Source: Lama guanicoe
Lineage: Eukaryota
Direction of reading: 5' to 3'
Assembly: GCA_013239625.1 (NCBI GenBank)
Contig: MU053881.1
Coordinates: forward strand, 15,802,373 to 15,866,372
DNA length: 64,000 bases
Within the stretch, counting starts at the first letter, position 1. Each line of letters starts with the position of its first letter. The position numbers and the translations under genes are program-made. Positions 53,001 through 64,000 of this stretch are shown piece by piece. The notes beneath the pieces are model-generated. The model was not told the origin of the DNA. It made no database searches and saw only the letters and a program-made list of their open reading frames with translations.

Positions 53001-55340
53001 ACAGGGTCCACCCTCAAGAAAGGGAATGCCTTCGCATCCCTTACCAGGTTGCTTAGTGGCCCCCCCCCCCAATTCATTTCTACCCAGAACCTCTCAATGT
53101 GACCTTATTTAGAAAGAGGGTCTTTGCAGATGTCATAGCTTAAGACGAGGTCACTGTGCTTTAAGATGTGCCCTAAATCCAATGACTGGCATCCTTATAA
53201 GAACAGAGGACACAAAGAGAGAATCAGAGAAGGTGATGTAGAGATGGAGGCAGAGATTGTGGTGATGTGGCCACAAGCCAAGAAACGCCTGGAACCACCA
53301 GAAGCTGGAAGGAGCAAGGAAGCATCCTCCCACTGAGCCTTTGGAGGGTGAGTACACAGCCCTGCTGACACCTTGATTGCAGACTTCTGGCCTCCAGAAC
53401 CATGAGAGAATCAATTTCTGTTGTTTTAAGCCCCCAGTTTGTGGTACTTTGTTATGGCAACCCCAGGGAACGAAGATGGTTCCCCTCATGGGGGAACTGG
53501 CAGGAGTAAATCCTCACTCCTCAGTGGTTCCCACCATCTTTTTCCATCCCCTCTACCCCAGCTCACCTATGAGCAGCTTGTCACATCCTCCAGGGCTCAG
53601 CTCAAACGTCACCTCCTCAGAGCCCCTCGCTGCCCACCACCCAGGCTGATGGATGCCCACTACCTCTTCCTTGGCACTTACTACCATCTTATACTATTCT
53701 CTTTTGTCTGCGCTGCATTATGTTATGGCTCTGAGTGGATTTCCCTTATTTACTGCCCTGTGTGTTGGTGCCCCTGCCTCCTGCCCCGCAGTGAGTCCTG
53801 GGAGTGAACCGTCCCTAGTGCTGGAAATTGGACACAATGAATATCTGTACTTTCTCTTTTACTGTTTCATTAGAATTTTGTTACTTGAGCAAAATAGTTT
53901 TCCTAATTAAAACAAATCAAAAAGTCATGCACAGTAAAAACAAACAAGAACTCACTTTTTAATTAAGCTCTGGAGGAATATACACAGGAAAACAGACTTT
54001 AACAGGGCCCCTTTCCTGAGCTGTGTCCCAGGTGCTGTCTGGGGAGGCTTGGGCCAGGAGGCTTACACTCCAGGTCCCTCATTGGTCACTGGGTGACTCT
54101 CCTCTTCTCCATCTATGGAGATGGAGATACTACAGCCTCAGTTTTTCTATTTATGAAATGGAGGTACTAACAACCCCCACCTCATAGGCTATTGTGGAGT
54201 GTCATGAGATGATACAGATAAAGCACTTGGTAATCAGTAAATCTTCCTGCTTATTACAAAAACAAACAAAAACCCCCACAACAACAGAAAATTACCGCTC
54301 AAGAGAATTCAGCACACCCAGGACCTGAGTGAGCTGAGGCAGCTGGCCAAACCCACCCCTCCCACACATCCCTGGGTGGGTTTTTCTCCTTGGGGTAGGA
54401 AGAATTGATTCAGATGCAGCCCAGGGGGTAGGAGACGGCGGGGGCGGGGGTGTCAAGGTAGGCCACATCTCCTCCAAACTTCAGTTTCCCTTTTTGTAAA
54501 ATGGGGAGTGTTTCTCTGATTCTATAGGAGTCTGGGCCCCAGGCCAAAGATAACCAGCCTCCAAGTCATCAGCGTGCAAGCTGCATGGAGACAACTGAGA
54601 ACTCGTCCAGGTTGGAATGGGGAAACTGAAGCCGTTTCCACACCTGATCCCTCGTGCCTGGCTCTTCCCTAACTCTGCCTTTTCATGCTACGAGGCTGTG
54701 GCGCCTGAACTTCTCTAGGACCTGGAATGGGCCACTCCGTTTCAACTCCACGTCTTGGCCAATGCCACTCCCTCTTCCTGGCTACCGGATAAAGGATCAA
54801 GAGGAGCTACAAAGCCCCACTGGTCCACCCGGACGTGTAGCCTAGATGGGACCGCAGGGAACCCAGCGACCATTCCCAGTTCCAGTCCAGATAGAGGCAG
54901 AGAGCATGGTGTGACCCTGCATGACCCCCGTAGCCAGGTTCAGGCGGCGGGCGCGGCCTTCTCGAAATGACCCCCGTTGGCCCCCGTAGCCGGGTTCAGG
55001 CAATGGGTGGGGCCCTCTGAGCGTGGCCCCCGGCGGCCCCCGTAGCTCTCACCCGGTAGAGGCCGTACGTGCTCTCGGCGTGCTCGAAGGGCACCAGGCG
55101 CTCGTCGCAGAAGCCCAGGGTCCAGCGCGCGAGGCTGGCGGGCCCGGCGGGGGCAGCGGCGGCGGGTAGCTCGCGGGCCAGCATCGAGACGAGGCTGCCG
55201 CCCGACAGGCCGAGCGCGAAGCGGGCGCGGGCCCCCGCCAGGCAGCATGTTGCCCGCTGCACCACCAGTTGCGCTAGCGACGCGCCCAGCTCCTGCGGGC
55301 TCGAGAAGACTGAGATAAGGCCGGGGGCCGGCGCGGCCAT
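49892..55340 (-). CDS. PGLS: 6-phosphogluconolactonase, whole gene, 5 exons, 777 nt = 258 aa + stop
   Basis: Exons 55340-55053, 51736-51629, 51342-51241, 50954-50814, 50029-49892. Motifs [38 protein letters not shown]. Confidence 0.98.
50190..50400 (+). mobile_element. MER58-like fragment
   Basis: CAGCTACTCAGATCTGCTG...ATGGACACTGAAATCTGAATT. Confidence 0.55.
50814..50954 (-). CDS. PGLS: PGLS exon 4 ([30 protein letters not shown]...AILK)
   Basis: ccccag| ... |gtaaca; 141 nt. Confidence 0.97.
51241..51342 (-). CDS. PGLS: PGLS exon 3 ([34 protein letters not shown])
   Basis: aatcag| ... |gtaagc; 102 nt. Confidence 0.97.
51629..51736 (-). CDS. PGLS: PGLS exon 2 ([36 protein letters not shown])
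   Basis: ccgtag| ... |gtgagt; 108 nt. Confidence 0.97.
53060..53475 (+). mobile_element. MLT1A/B-like LTR
   Basis: GAAAGAGGGTCTTTGCAGATG...TTTGTGGTACTTTGTTATGGCAACC. Confidence 0.8.
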
Positions 55341-55500
55341 GGCGACAGCGGCGGCAGGGAGGCGGAAGCCTTCCCGGCGGCCTCTAGTGCGCCTGCGCAA
55401 AGGCTGCTTCGGCCGCACAGCTCTCGACGCCTTCGGGCGGCCGCCTCTGACACATGCGCAGTCCCACGAGTGAAGTCCCAGCGGGGCCGGGCAGTAGGTC
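54930..55500. promoter_or_regulatory. PGLS promoter CpG island with NRF1-type TGCGCCTGCGCA (55388-55399) and ETS-like CGGAAG
   Basis: Dense CpG; motif matches. Confidence 0.85.
55053..55340 (-). CDS. PGLS: PGLS exon 1 ([19 protein letters not shown]...STYGLYR)
   Basis: Kozak gccATGG; donor |gtgaga; 288 nt. Confidence 0.97.
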
Positions 55501-56109
55501 TGGCTGTGCTCATTGACTCTTTGCATCCTCATCGAGCTCCCTCTTGGGTTCGGACAGGTAGAGCCCGTGCAGTTGCGCTGAACCTCCGGGTATCAGGGCA
55601 GGGCCAGAGAGGGAAGCTTAGAGCTTCGATACCCGAAGTAGGGGACGTGGGGTGTGGTGAGGTGGAGGTAGGAGATTGGAGGTTTCCTGGAGGAGGGCGC
55701 ATTTTGATGGACTTTGAAATTCTTGAACCTTCTAAGTATAAGCTTGATGAGGGCAAGGATATTTGTTTTATTCACTGAGTCCTCGAAAGCCCCCTGACTT
55801 ATGGCAGAGTGTAGGGGCTGAAAATGTGCTTGTTGAATTTCTTCTGCACATTCTCCTTGGAAACCTATATCTCTATGAGGACCTATTGCGTCCTCTACCC
55901 TGGCTCTTGCCTGGGGAAGTTCCCAGACTGAGGCAAGTGATCCTTGGCTGATATGACAGAACATTCAGGGAATAGCATGGGCAGGGAGAGCTGGAAAGGG
56001 GAGGAGGCCTGGTGAGCCTGGGCAACTGGACCACATCTCAGAACCAGAGTTTAGCAGAGTGTACTAAGTGCAATGGGATTTGCACAGGTAGTGCATCTTT
56101 AAAACCAGT

Positions 56110-57596
56110 AGCCAATAAAGAAAACAGTTTCATTTACAATTGCATCAAAGAGAATGAAGTACTTAATTTAACAAAAGAAGTCCAAGACTTATACACTGAA
56201 AACTATAAAACATTTTGGAAAAAATTTGAAGATGATCTGAATAAATGGAGAAACATCCCATGTTCACGGATTGGAAGATTTCATGTTGTTAAGATAGTGA
56301 TACTCCTCAAATTGGTCTACAGATCTAGCACAATTTCTATCAAAATTCTGACTGATTTTTTTTTGTAGAAATTGACAAGCTGATCCTCAAATTCATGTGG
56401 AATTGCAAGAGGCCCCCAAATAGCCAAACCAATCTTGAAAAGAACAAAATTGGAGGACTCACACATCTTGATCTCAAACTTACTACAAAGCTTCAGTAAT
56501 CAAACACTCTGGTACTGGCATAAGGATAGACGTATGTATCAATGGAATAGAACTGAGATGAAAACAACAACAAACCATAGGTCTGTAGTCAATGGATCTT
56601 CAACAAGTGTGCCAAGACCATTCAATGGGAAAAGGATAGTCTTTTCAATAAATGGTGCTGGGACAACTAGACAGTCATATGCAGAAGAAGGAAATTGAAC
56701 CCTGTAATAGGCAGAATGAGGGGCCCCCCAAAAAGGTGTCCATACCCTCGTTTCCAAAACCTGTGAATATTTTAGGTTACTTGGCAAGGGGGAATTAAGG
56801 TTGCAGGTGGAATTAGGTTGCTAATCAGCTGTCCTTAAAAGAGTTTCCTGGGTGAGCCCAATGTAATCACAAGGGTCACTAAAAATGGAAGGAGGAGGCA
56901 GAAGAAGAACCCAGAGAAATCATGCCATGAAAAAGACTCAGCCCACTGTTGCTGGCTTTGAAGAGGGAGGAAGAGGCTGTGAGCCAAGGAATGTGAGCAG
57001 TATCTAAATGCTGGAAAAGGCAAGGAAATGGATTCTCTAAGAAGCTCTGGAAGGAATGCAGTCCTGCCAAACCTTGATTTTAGCCAAGTAAGCTCCATTT
57101 CTGACTTCTCACCTTCAGATCTGTAAGCTAGTTCATGTTATTTTAAGCCACTTAGTTTGTGGTGATTTGTTACAGCAGCACTAGAAAACTGATACAGATC
57201 CCCACCTCACACCATATACAAAAATTAAAATGGATCGACCTAAACATCGGAGCTAAAACTAAAAAACCCTTAGAAGGAAACAAATGGGTAAATCTTTATG
57301 ACCTTGGTTTAGGCAATGACACCAAAAGCATGAGCAATAAAGACAAGTAAATAAACGGGACTTCAAGGTGAAAATTTTTGTGTTTCAAAGGGTACCACCA
57401 AGAAAGTGAAAAGACAACCCACAGAATGGGAGAACTTTGCAAATCATATACCTCATAAGGGTTTAGTATACAGAATATATTAAGAATGCTGACAGCTCAA
57501 TAAAAAGACAACCCAGGGAGGGAGAGGGTATAGCTCAGTGGTAGAGCAGGTGCTTAGCAAGCACAAGGCCCTGGGTTCAATCCCCAGTACCTCCAT

Positions 57597-57627
<31 letters not shown>

Positions 57628-58650
57628 AAACCTAATTACTCCCCCAACACCTGCAATTTTTTAAATTTGTTTAAAAAAAAAAGCCAACCAAATTTTAAAA
57701 AGGGCAAATGATCTGAATAGATTTTTCCAAAGAAGATATACAAATGGCCAATAAGCACATGAAAAGAAAATGCAAATCAAAAGTACAATAAGCTAAAAAT
57801 AAATACATAAACATATAAAATGAATTTTTAAGTTAAAAAAAACCCTACAATGAAGTAACACTTTACACCCACTAAAATGACTATAATTAAAAAGAAAATA
57901 AGAGGTGCTGACGAGGATGTGGGAAATTGGAACTTACATACTACTGCTGGTGTGAATATAAAATGGTGCAATCACTTTGGAAAACAGTCTGGTAGTTCCT
58001 CAAAAGATTAAACATAGAGCTACTGTGTGACCTAGCATTTCCACACCTAAGATTATGCCTAAGAGAATTAAGGATGGACATACACAAAACCTTTTACATA
58101 AATGTTTAGGGGAGTGGGGTATAGCTCAGTGTAGTGTGAGTGCTTAGCATGCACAAGGTCCTGGGTTCAATCCCCAGTACCTCCATTAAAAATAAGTAAA
58201 TAAACCTAATTACATGAATGTTCACAGCAGCATTACTCATTCCAAAATTGGAAGTAACTCAATGCCCATCAACTGGTGAATGGTTAAACAAAATGTAGTC
58301 TATCCATACAATGGAATACTATTTGGCCATAAAAAGGAATGAACTACAACCTGGATGAATCTTAAAAACATGTGAGTGAAAGAAACCAGACACCCAAAGG
58401 TCACGTATTATGATTCCACTTCTAGCAAATGTCTACAACAGGTACATCTGTAGAGACAGAAGGTAGTTGCTAGAGACTAGGGAGCAGGGCATGGGGAGTG
58501 ATTTCTAATGAACATGAGGTTTCTGTTCTGAACTAGACAGATGGGATGGTTGCATAACCTTGTGGGTATAATGAAAGTCGCTGAATTGCACAACTTTAAA
58601 GGGTGAATTTTATGATATATGAATAATAGCTCAATCAAGCAATAAATCAG
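56110..58650 (+). mobile_element. L1M ORF2/3'UTR remnant with nested MLT1D (56703-57196) and two SINEs (57516-57680, 58109-58210)
   Basis: ORF2 peptide LNLTKEVQDLYTENYKTF..DLNKWRNIPCSRIGR; nested elements have TSD-like flanks. Confidence 0.88.
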
Positions 58651-59194
58651 TTGGAGTTGGCCAGGCACAGGAAGGCAGAACCGTGGTTCGAGCACAAGAG
58701 ACAGCAGGAGCAAAGCATGGAAGCCAGACAGATTGGAAATGACCATCCATGGTGCAAGGAAAAGAGCCTGCAGGATGGCAGTGCTAGCCAAAGAGCCTGG
58801 AAACTTCCCCAGAGTGATGGAGACCCTTGAAAGGTGTGGGGCAGGGACCCAGCCTGCAGCCACCTGTTCGTGGGAAGCTCTTGTAGCTCCAACTCTCCCT
58901 CCTCCATATGCCCTCCTGGGCAGCCGTTTCTCCTGCGTCGTCCATCACAAACCGCTCAGCCCCTGCCTCTCACAGCACACTTGTTGACACCAAGCTGGGG
59001 TTTCTCTTCCCCCATCACAAGTACAGACGTCACCTCTGTGTGTATCCTTCCAGGGTCCCTCCAAAACGGAAAGGTTTGGGGCAGAGGACCTTCCGATCCC
59101 AGCTTTCTTCCTGATTTACCGAGGGTCCCTGGGGCAAGTCACAGAGCTTTTTATTAGGCATAAAAAATACAGAGCTCTCAAGTCACAAGACAGC

Positions 59195-59525
59195 ACAGAG
59201 GACCCTCAAATGCATCTTGCTCAGTGAAAGCAGCCCATCTGATTCTTTGTGACACTGTTAACAGTGGATGTATGTCTTACGCATTTGTTGAAACCCACAG
59301 AATGTACAACACAGAGTGAATCCTAATGTAAACTGTGGGCTTGTGTTAATAATGTTTCAAAATTAGCTCAAGTATAAAAAAAGTCACACACTAATGCCAG
59401 ATGTTAATTATAGGGGAAATAGTGGTGCAGGGGTGCAAGGGTATATGGAAAATCTCTGTACTTTCTGCTTACTTGTCTGTAAACCTAAAACTGCCCTAAT
59501 AAAATGTTAATTCATTTTAAAAAGC
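59195..59525 (+). mobile_element. L1MC-like 3' fragment
   Basis: GTGAATCCTAATGTAAACTGTGGGC...TGTAAACCTAAAACTGCCCT. Confidence 0.7.
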
Positions 59526-60597
59526 AAAACAGAGCCTGATCCTAAGAGTCATCAGGATGATTTTCTTGCCAATTTGGAGGGAACTTCTTACGCTGCAGCT
59601 AGAGTTGCAGGCTTTGCAATGAGAAAGGTCCCCACTGGACCACTTTCTCATCAAGAGCCCCTGACAAAGACTTCATTCCCTTCCTTAAGCCTCAGTTTCT
59701 TCATCTGGACAACAGGGACCATAATGACACCTTTGGAGGTGGTTGGGGTAGCTAAAGGGATGTTACCCAGAATGCACTTGCTTATCAACACACCACTGAT
59801 GCTCCATTCCCAGTGGCAACAGATCCTTCTCTCATCCTCACTGGGCTTCTCAAAGGCTATACCTTGCATCCCTCTCTTGCACTGTGGACATTCAAGGACC
59901 AGCCCCATCCATCAGTGATCCATCTTTGAGCTGGCCAAAGGTTGCCCCCTGGGTACCCCCACCCAGCAAATACTCCATCATCTTAAGACTTTCTTCCTCA
60001 GTCTCTGAAGTGGAGACAAGATGAGAAAGACATTGTAATTCTGGAGTGGGGACAGCAGAATTTGAGGGCTGAGAGTATACACTCTGGAGCTCAACGTCCC
60101 AGGTTTAAAATCCAGCTAAGATGGCGATACTCGCAGGCCCAGTGGGCTCTCACCCAGAGCTATGGCCAAACCTGCTGGCCCTGCACACTGAGCGGCACCC
60201 TTCCTGGGGCAGCCAGATATACCAGGACACACCCTCTGTCCTGGGCCACCCTGTGCACCTGACAGAACCCACAGGCAGATCGGCCGGCAGTCTCCTGGGA
60301 CCACTGAGGCTAGCACAGGGCAATGTGAGGCCCCAGAGACTGCAGGGAGGTGGTGAAACACCAACCATGTGCCCCCTGTCCCCAGACCCATAGGGCCTCG
60401 CTGGTGGGAGAACAGGCCACAGAAACTATTTTAAAAACTAAAATATAAAAAAAAGGACAAGCGTGTTTTGCTCATGTCTGGCCACTGTGTGTTCCCCGGT
60501 GAGGGTTCTGCCTTCTAAAGCCCAGAAAGGGCTCTATGCCACATGGGGACAAATGGTGTGTGACTGAGCCCCCACCAGGCACCAGATACTCTGAAGG

Positions 60598-60603
60598 TTT
60601 ATT
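60598..60603 (-). terminator. SLC27A1: Likely SLC27A1 poly(A) signal AATAAA
   Basis: AATAAA ~1.16 kb after the stop codon. Confidence 0.75.
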
Positions 60604-61763
60604 TCTTAAACTTAACTAGGAAACAATACCTTGGTGCTTGGAAAGGCCCATGTGAAACAGCACGGGGTCACTTGCTACTGGCCTTGCTGTTCTAAGGGCC
60701 GGACGGTGCTGCTAGAGGGAGAGACAGAGGGACAGTCTGGGTTGCTGGCATCAACAGTGGGTGTCTGGGAAGAGACACCACCAAAGCCAATGGCGATGTT
60801 TGAGTTGTCCTCGCAGCATTGTCTCAGGATGTCACCAACACAGGGTCCAAGCTGTCACTAGCAAGACCAGCAGACATTCAACAGGCTGGAACTCCTCAGG
60901 CCCAAGAGGCTATCTCAGATGCCACCCCTGACTGGAGACATCCCCCAACCCTGCTGATGCCACTCCCAGCAGCAGCCACACCCAGCAGTGCCCCAAGAGG
61001 CCTCCGCCGGGGTGAGCATCTGAGCAGTGGGCCAAGCAACCACCCAGAGCCATCTTCAGGGCCCCTCCGGCAGGAGCTCTATGGAGATAGCCTGAATAGG
61101 GATATCTGGGTAGGAGTTTCTGTTCTGGAAGTCAGTTCTGGAAGTTTCTGGGGCATCAGGCAAGGCAGGCAAGGCAAGGGAGACCCACCAGGGACAGGCA
61201 GTGCAAAAGGCAATTGGCCCGGCCTGGGGGGAGATTTCCTGCTGACCTAGAGGTCCCTTGCTGAGGGCCCCCTACCGCCGGGTTGGCCAGACAGACCGCC
61301 TCCCAGCTCCTTAGTTCAGCAAGGAGGTGCAGGGCCTGTCTGGAGTTCACACAGGGCTACAACGTCCTGGAATCCAGCTGCCTAGGGAGGCCTAGACTGG
61401 GTGGGGCTCATTAAGGCACAGCTGAGACAAGGTGGAGAGGCCCCACTGCATAGGAAATGTCTGTTCTGCTTTTGGCAGGAAAGGGCAGGGGAGAAGAGAG
61501 GAGGAGAAATGGAGGAGAAAGGGGAGGATAGTCAGGGACAGCGGGGAAGCCAGGAAGCAGGGAGAAGAGATACACACACAGACACAGGAGCCTGATGAAA
61601 GGCAGGTGGGGCCCCGGGAAGGGGAGAGGAGGGTGAAGGCGGGGGACACAAGTTCCTCCTTGGATCTAGATTCTCTGCCCCAGGACAGGGCAGGGCTGTC
61701 TGGCTCAAGCCAGCCTCCCTTGCTGGGCCTGGCATGGAGTCTCTGGCGGGCAGAGGAGGAACG

Positions 61764-61921
61764 TCAGAGGGCGAAGGCGCCTGAGCAGATGCGGGTGTAG
61801 ACACCCTGATCCAGAGGCAGGTAGTGACCCTGCTTTAGGTCCAGGAAGAAGAGCCGGTCTGAGGTCTGGCGTGGGTCGAAGCCCTCTCGCTGCAGCCGCG
61901 TCTTCTGAATCTTGAAGGTGC
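61764..61921 (-). CDS. SLC27A1: SLC27A1 last coding exon ([52 protein letters not shown])
   Basis: caacag| acceptor; TGTFK motif; TGA at 61764-61766. Confidence 0.96.
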
Positions 61922-62636
61922 CTGTTGGGGTAGGGGTAGGGGTAGGGTGGGGACTTGGCAGGGGGTTTCCAGGCGCTCCCCTCAACTCATCATCCTCTCC
62001 ACCTTTAGGCCTCTGATCAGCCATACCCTCCACCAGGAAGCTTCTTCCCCATTTTGTCTGCCTGACTTCCCCTTGTTCTTCGGAGCTCATCTTCTGCCCC
62101 CTCCTCTGGGGAGGCCTCCCTGACCACCCTCATCATGGCCTGAAACTCTTGTGTACACTCTGCCTGGTCACGTGTCCACCCCCCAAAAGACCAAGAAGGT
62201 GGCAGGGCTGGGTCTGTCACACAGTAGTTCAGGAGTCAGCAATTTATAGGTCTGTGTCCCGGCCCAGGGGCCAAATCCCGCCCACTATCGGAAGCCCCGC
62301 CCCTTCAGGTACACACTGTTTACTGCTGTTTTTGCATCACAGCTGCAGAACTGAATTATTGCTGCAGAGGCTGTGTCCTCGAAAAACGGAAAACATTTAT
62401 TCTCTGGTTCTTTAAGAAAAAAGTATGCACTTCCTGCCCTGGACAATTAAAGCAGGGTTTTGTGAAAGACAGGCTAAGAGTTAGGGTTAGTAGAAAAAAC
62501 AAAAAAAAGAAATGAAGGGAGAAATACCTGTATGCTCTAGAGTTGGGAAGGTTTAAAACAAATACAACTTCAAAAGCACAAACGATAAGATTAAAAAAGG
62601 GAAGGGGGTTAAGTTTGTATTAAAAGTAGGGATTTA

Positions 62637-62797
62637 GGGGAGTGTACAGCTCAGTGGTAGAGCGTATGCTTAACATGCACAAGGTCCTGGGCTCAATCCC
62701 CAGTAGCTCCACCCAAAATAAGTAAATAAACCTAATTACCTCCTCACTAAAAATAAATAAATAAATAAAGGTTAAAAAATTGTTAAAAAAAATTTTT
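62637..62797 (+). mobile_element. Camelid tRNA-Ala SINE
   Basis: TSD ~TAAAGTAGGG. Confidence 0.88.
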
Positions 62798-62876
62798 TAA
62801 AGTAGGGGCTTCTTTTTCAACAAAGGGCACCGTGGACCAAGTTAATAGCTGGACTCCAAAATAGATGAGATTTAGA

Positions 62877-63005
62877 GGGGGGTATAGTATGACTGAATGA
62901 TGGAGTGTGTGCTTAGCGTGCACAAGGCACGAGGTCCTGAGTTCAATCCCCAGCACCTCCATTAAAACCAACCAACCAACCAACCTAATTACCTCCTCAC
63001 CAAAA
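62877..63005 (+). mobile_element. Camelid tRNA-Ala SINE (diverged head)
   Basis: TSD AAAA(T/C)AGATGAGATTTAGA. Confidence 0.85.
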
Positions 63006-63434
63006 AAACAGATGAGATTTAGAATGTCAGCAACTGCTAAGGAATGAACATCTAGACTCTTACGGGGAACTCCCGTAAATCACAAAGAAAGAGTGAGGCA
63101 AGACAAAGATGAGTGAAATATATGAGCAGGTGATTTACAGAAGAGGAAACCTCAGAGCTATGAGATGATTTGCTCAAATTTCCTACTCATCAGAAAAAGG
63201 CAGAAAATGAAGAAATGCACCAAACATTGTAGAATGCCCAGTGGGAGTAGGAGTGAGGGGTGGAAAGAGATAAGTACGTAAATGAAACAAGAGAAGGGCC
63301 CCGTCTGAGCCCACAGGGCTGGCTGGCCGAGAACCGTTATGTCAGACTGGGCACAGGGGCTGAACCAGGACAAACAAGTAAATAGTTGAGGAATCCACAG
63401 ACATACGGGAGGACAGAGAGGCAGGGGGCCGCAC

Positions 63435-63581
63435 CTGTGGTGTCCACCTGGGGCAGGAGGCGCAGGAAGATCGGCCTGGCGTAGGGGGCCAGCACTTTCT
63501 GCAGCTCCTGGTACAGCGCATTGGGGCACAGCTGGCCGTGGGGATCTGCGATGGCCGCCATGCCTGCTTTGCCCTCTACTC
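63435..63581 (-). CDS. SLC27A1: SLC27A1 (FATP1) penultimate exon ([49 protein letters not shown]); gene continues beyond the window
   Basis: ctccag| ... |gtgcgg; 147 nt; FATP C-terminal motifs. Confidence 0.95.
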
Positions 63582-64000
63582 CTGGAGACAGAGGTCAGGC
63601 TGAGAACACCACCTGTCACTGGGACCAGATACACCCTCCAGTGGTGGTCCCTGGCCTCCTGTCTCCAGTCCCTTCCACCTGGACTAATGCTCGCCAAAGC
63701 AGTGAACATTTTGTTGAGCTCCTGCGGCACTCCCTGCAGCCCTGAGCCACAGCGGATTTCGTGATCCCATTTTCTGGATGAGAAAACCAAGGCCCAACAT
63801 CAGACATAAGGAGTAATTCCAGATTTTAGCTCCCACCCAGGCTGCCATATGCAGTTGCCCAGGTTGTGCACTGCCTTAGGTCCTGCCTACAAGGGCACCT
63901 GTACCTCCAAGCTCTTCCTGGTTGGGCTCCTCTGGGGCTGCCATACCCTTGGACCACCCCCACAGCCCTGGCTTGCCTGGCACAGCCACCCCATACACGG

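Noticed and set aside
57516..57600. tRNA-Ala gene candidates (this and the other SINE heads)
   Set aside because: Acceptor stems are mismatched, and SINE tails and TSDs are present; they are retroposed copies.

Overview
Mammalian, GC-rich, gene-dense genomic DNA, almost certainly from a camelid (camel/alpaca). The evidence is about 13 copies of a tRNA-Ala-derived vic-1-type SINE plus artiodactyl-type L1 3' ends. The gene order matches the human 19p13.11 block. All protein genes lie on the minus strand: the last two coding exons and 3'UTR of SLC27A1, complete PGLS (5 exons, 258 aa), complete NIBAN3/FAM129C (15 exons, 618 aa) and complete COLGALT1 (12 exons, 623 aa, ending RDEL). The first ~400 bp are probably the end of the convergent UNC13A 3'UTR. 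I traced every exon to GT/AG boundaries and the phases sum to intact ORFs. The rest is CpG islands and interspersed repeats (L1, L2, MIR, MLT1, MER21, MER20, MER53, MER58, ERV LTRs, SINEs); repeat family names come from recalled consensus, and their boundaries are approximate. I found no wholly new multi-gene system. The best leads are transposon-gene interactions: a SINE-L1 chimera inside one target-site duplication (TSD), a dimeric SINE, a MIR-derived terminal coding exon of NIBAN3, a SINE inserted into a 3' splice site, an L2-tail array in the COLGALT1 3'UTR, and an in-frame, stop-free intron in COLGALT1.
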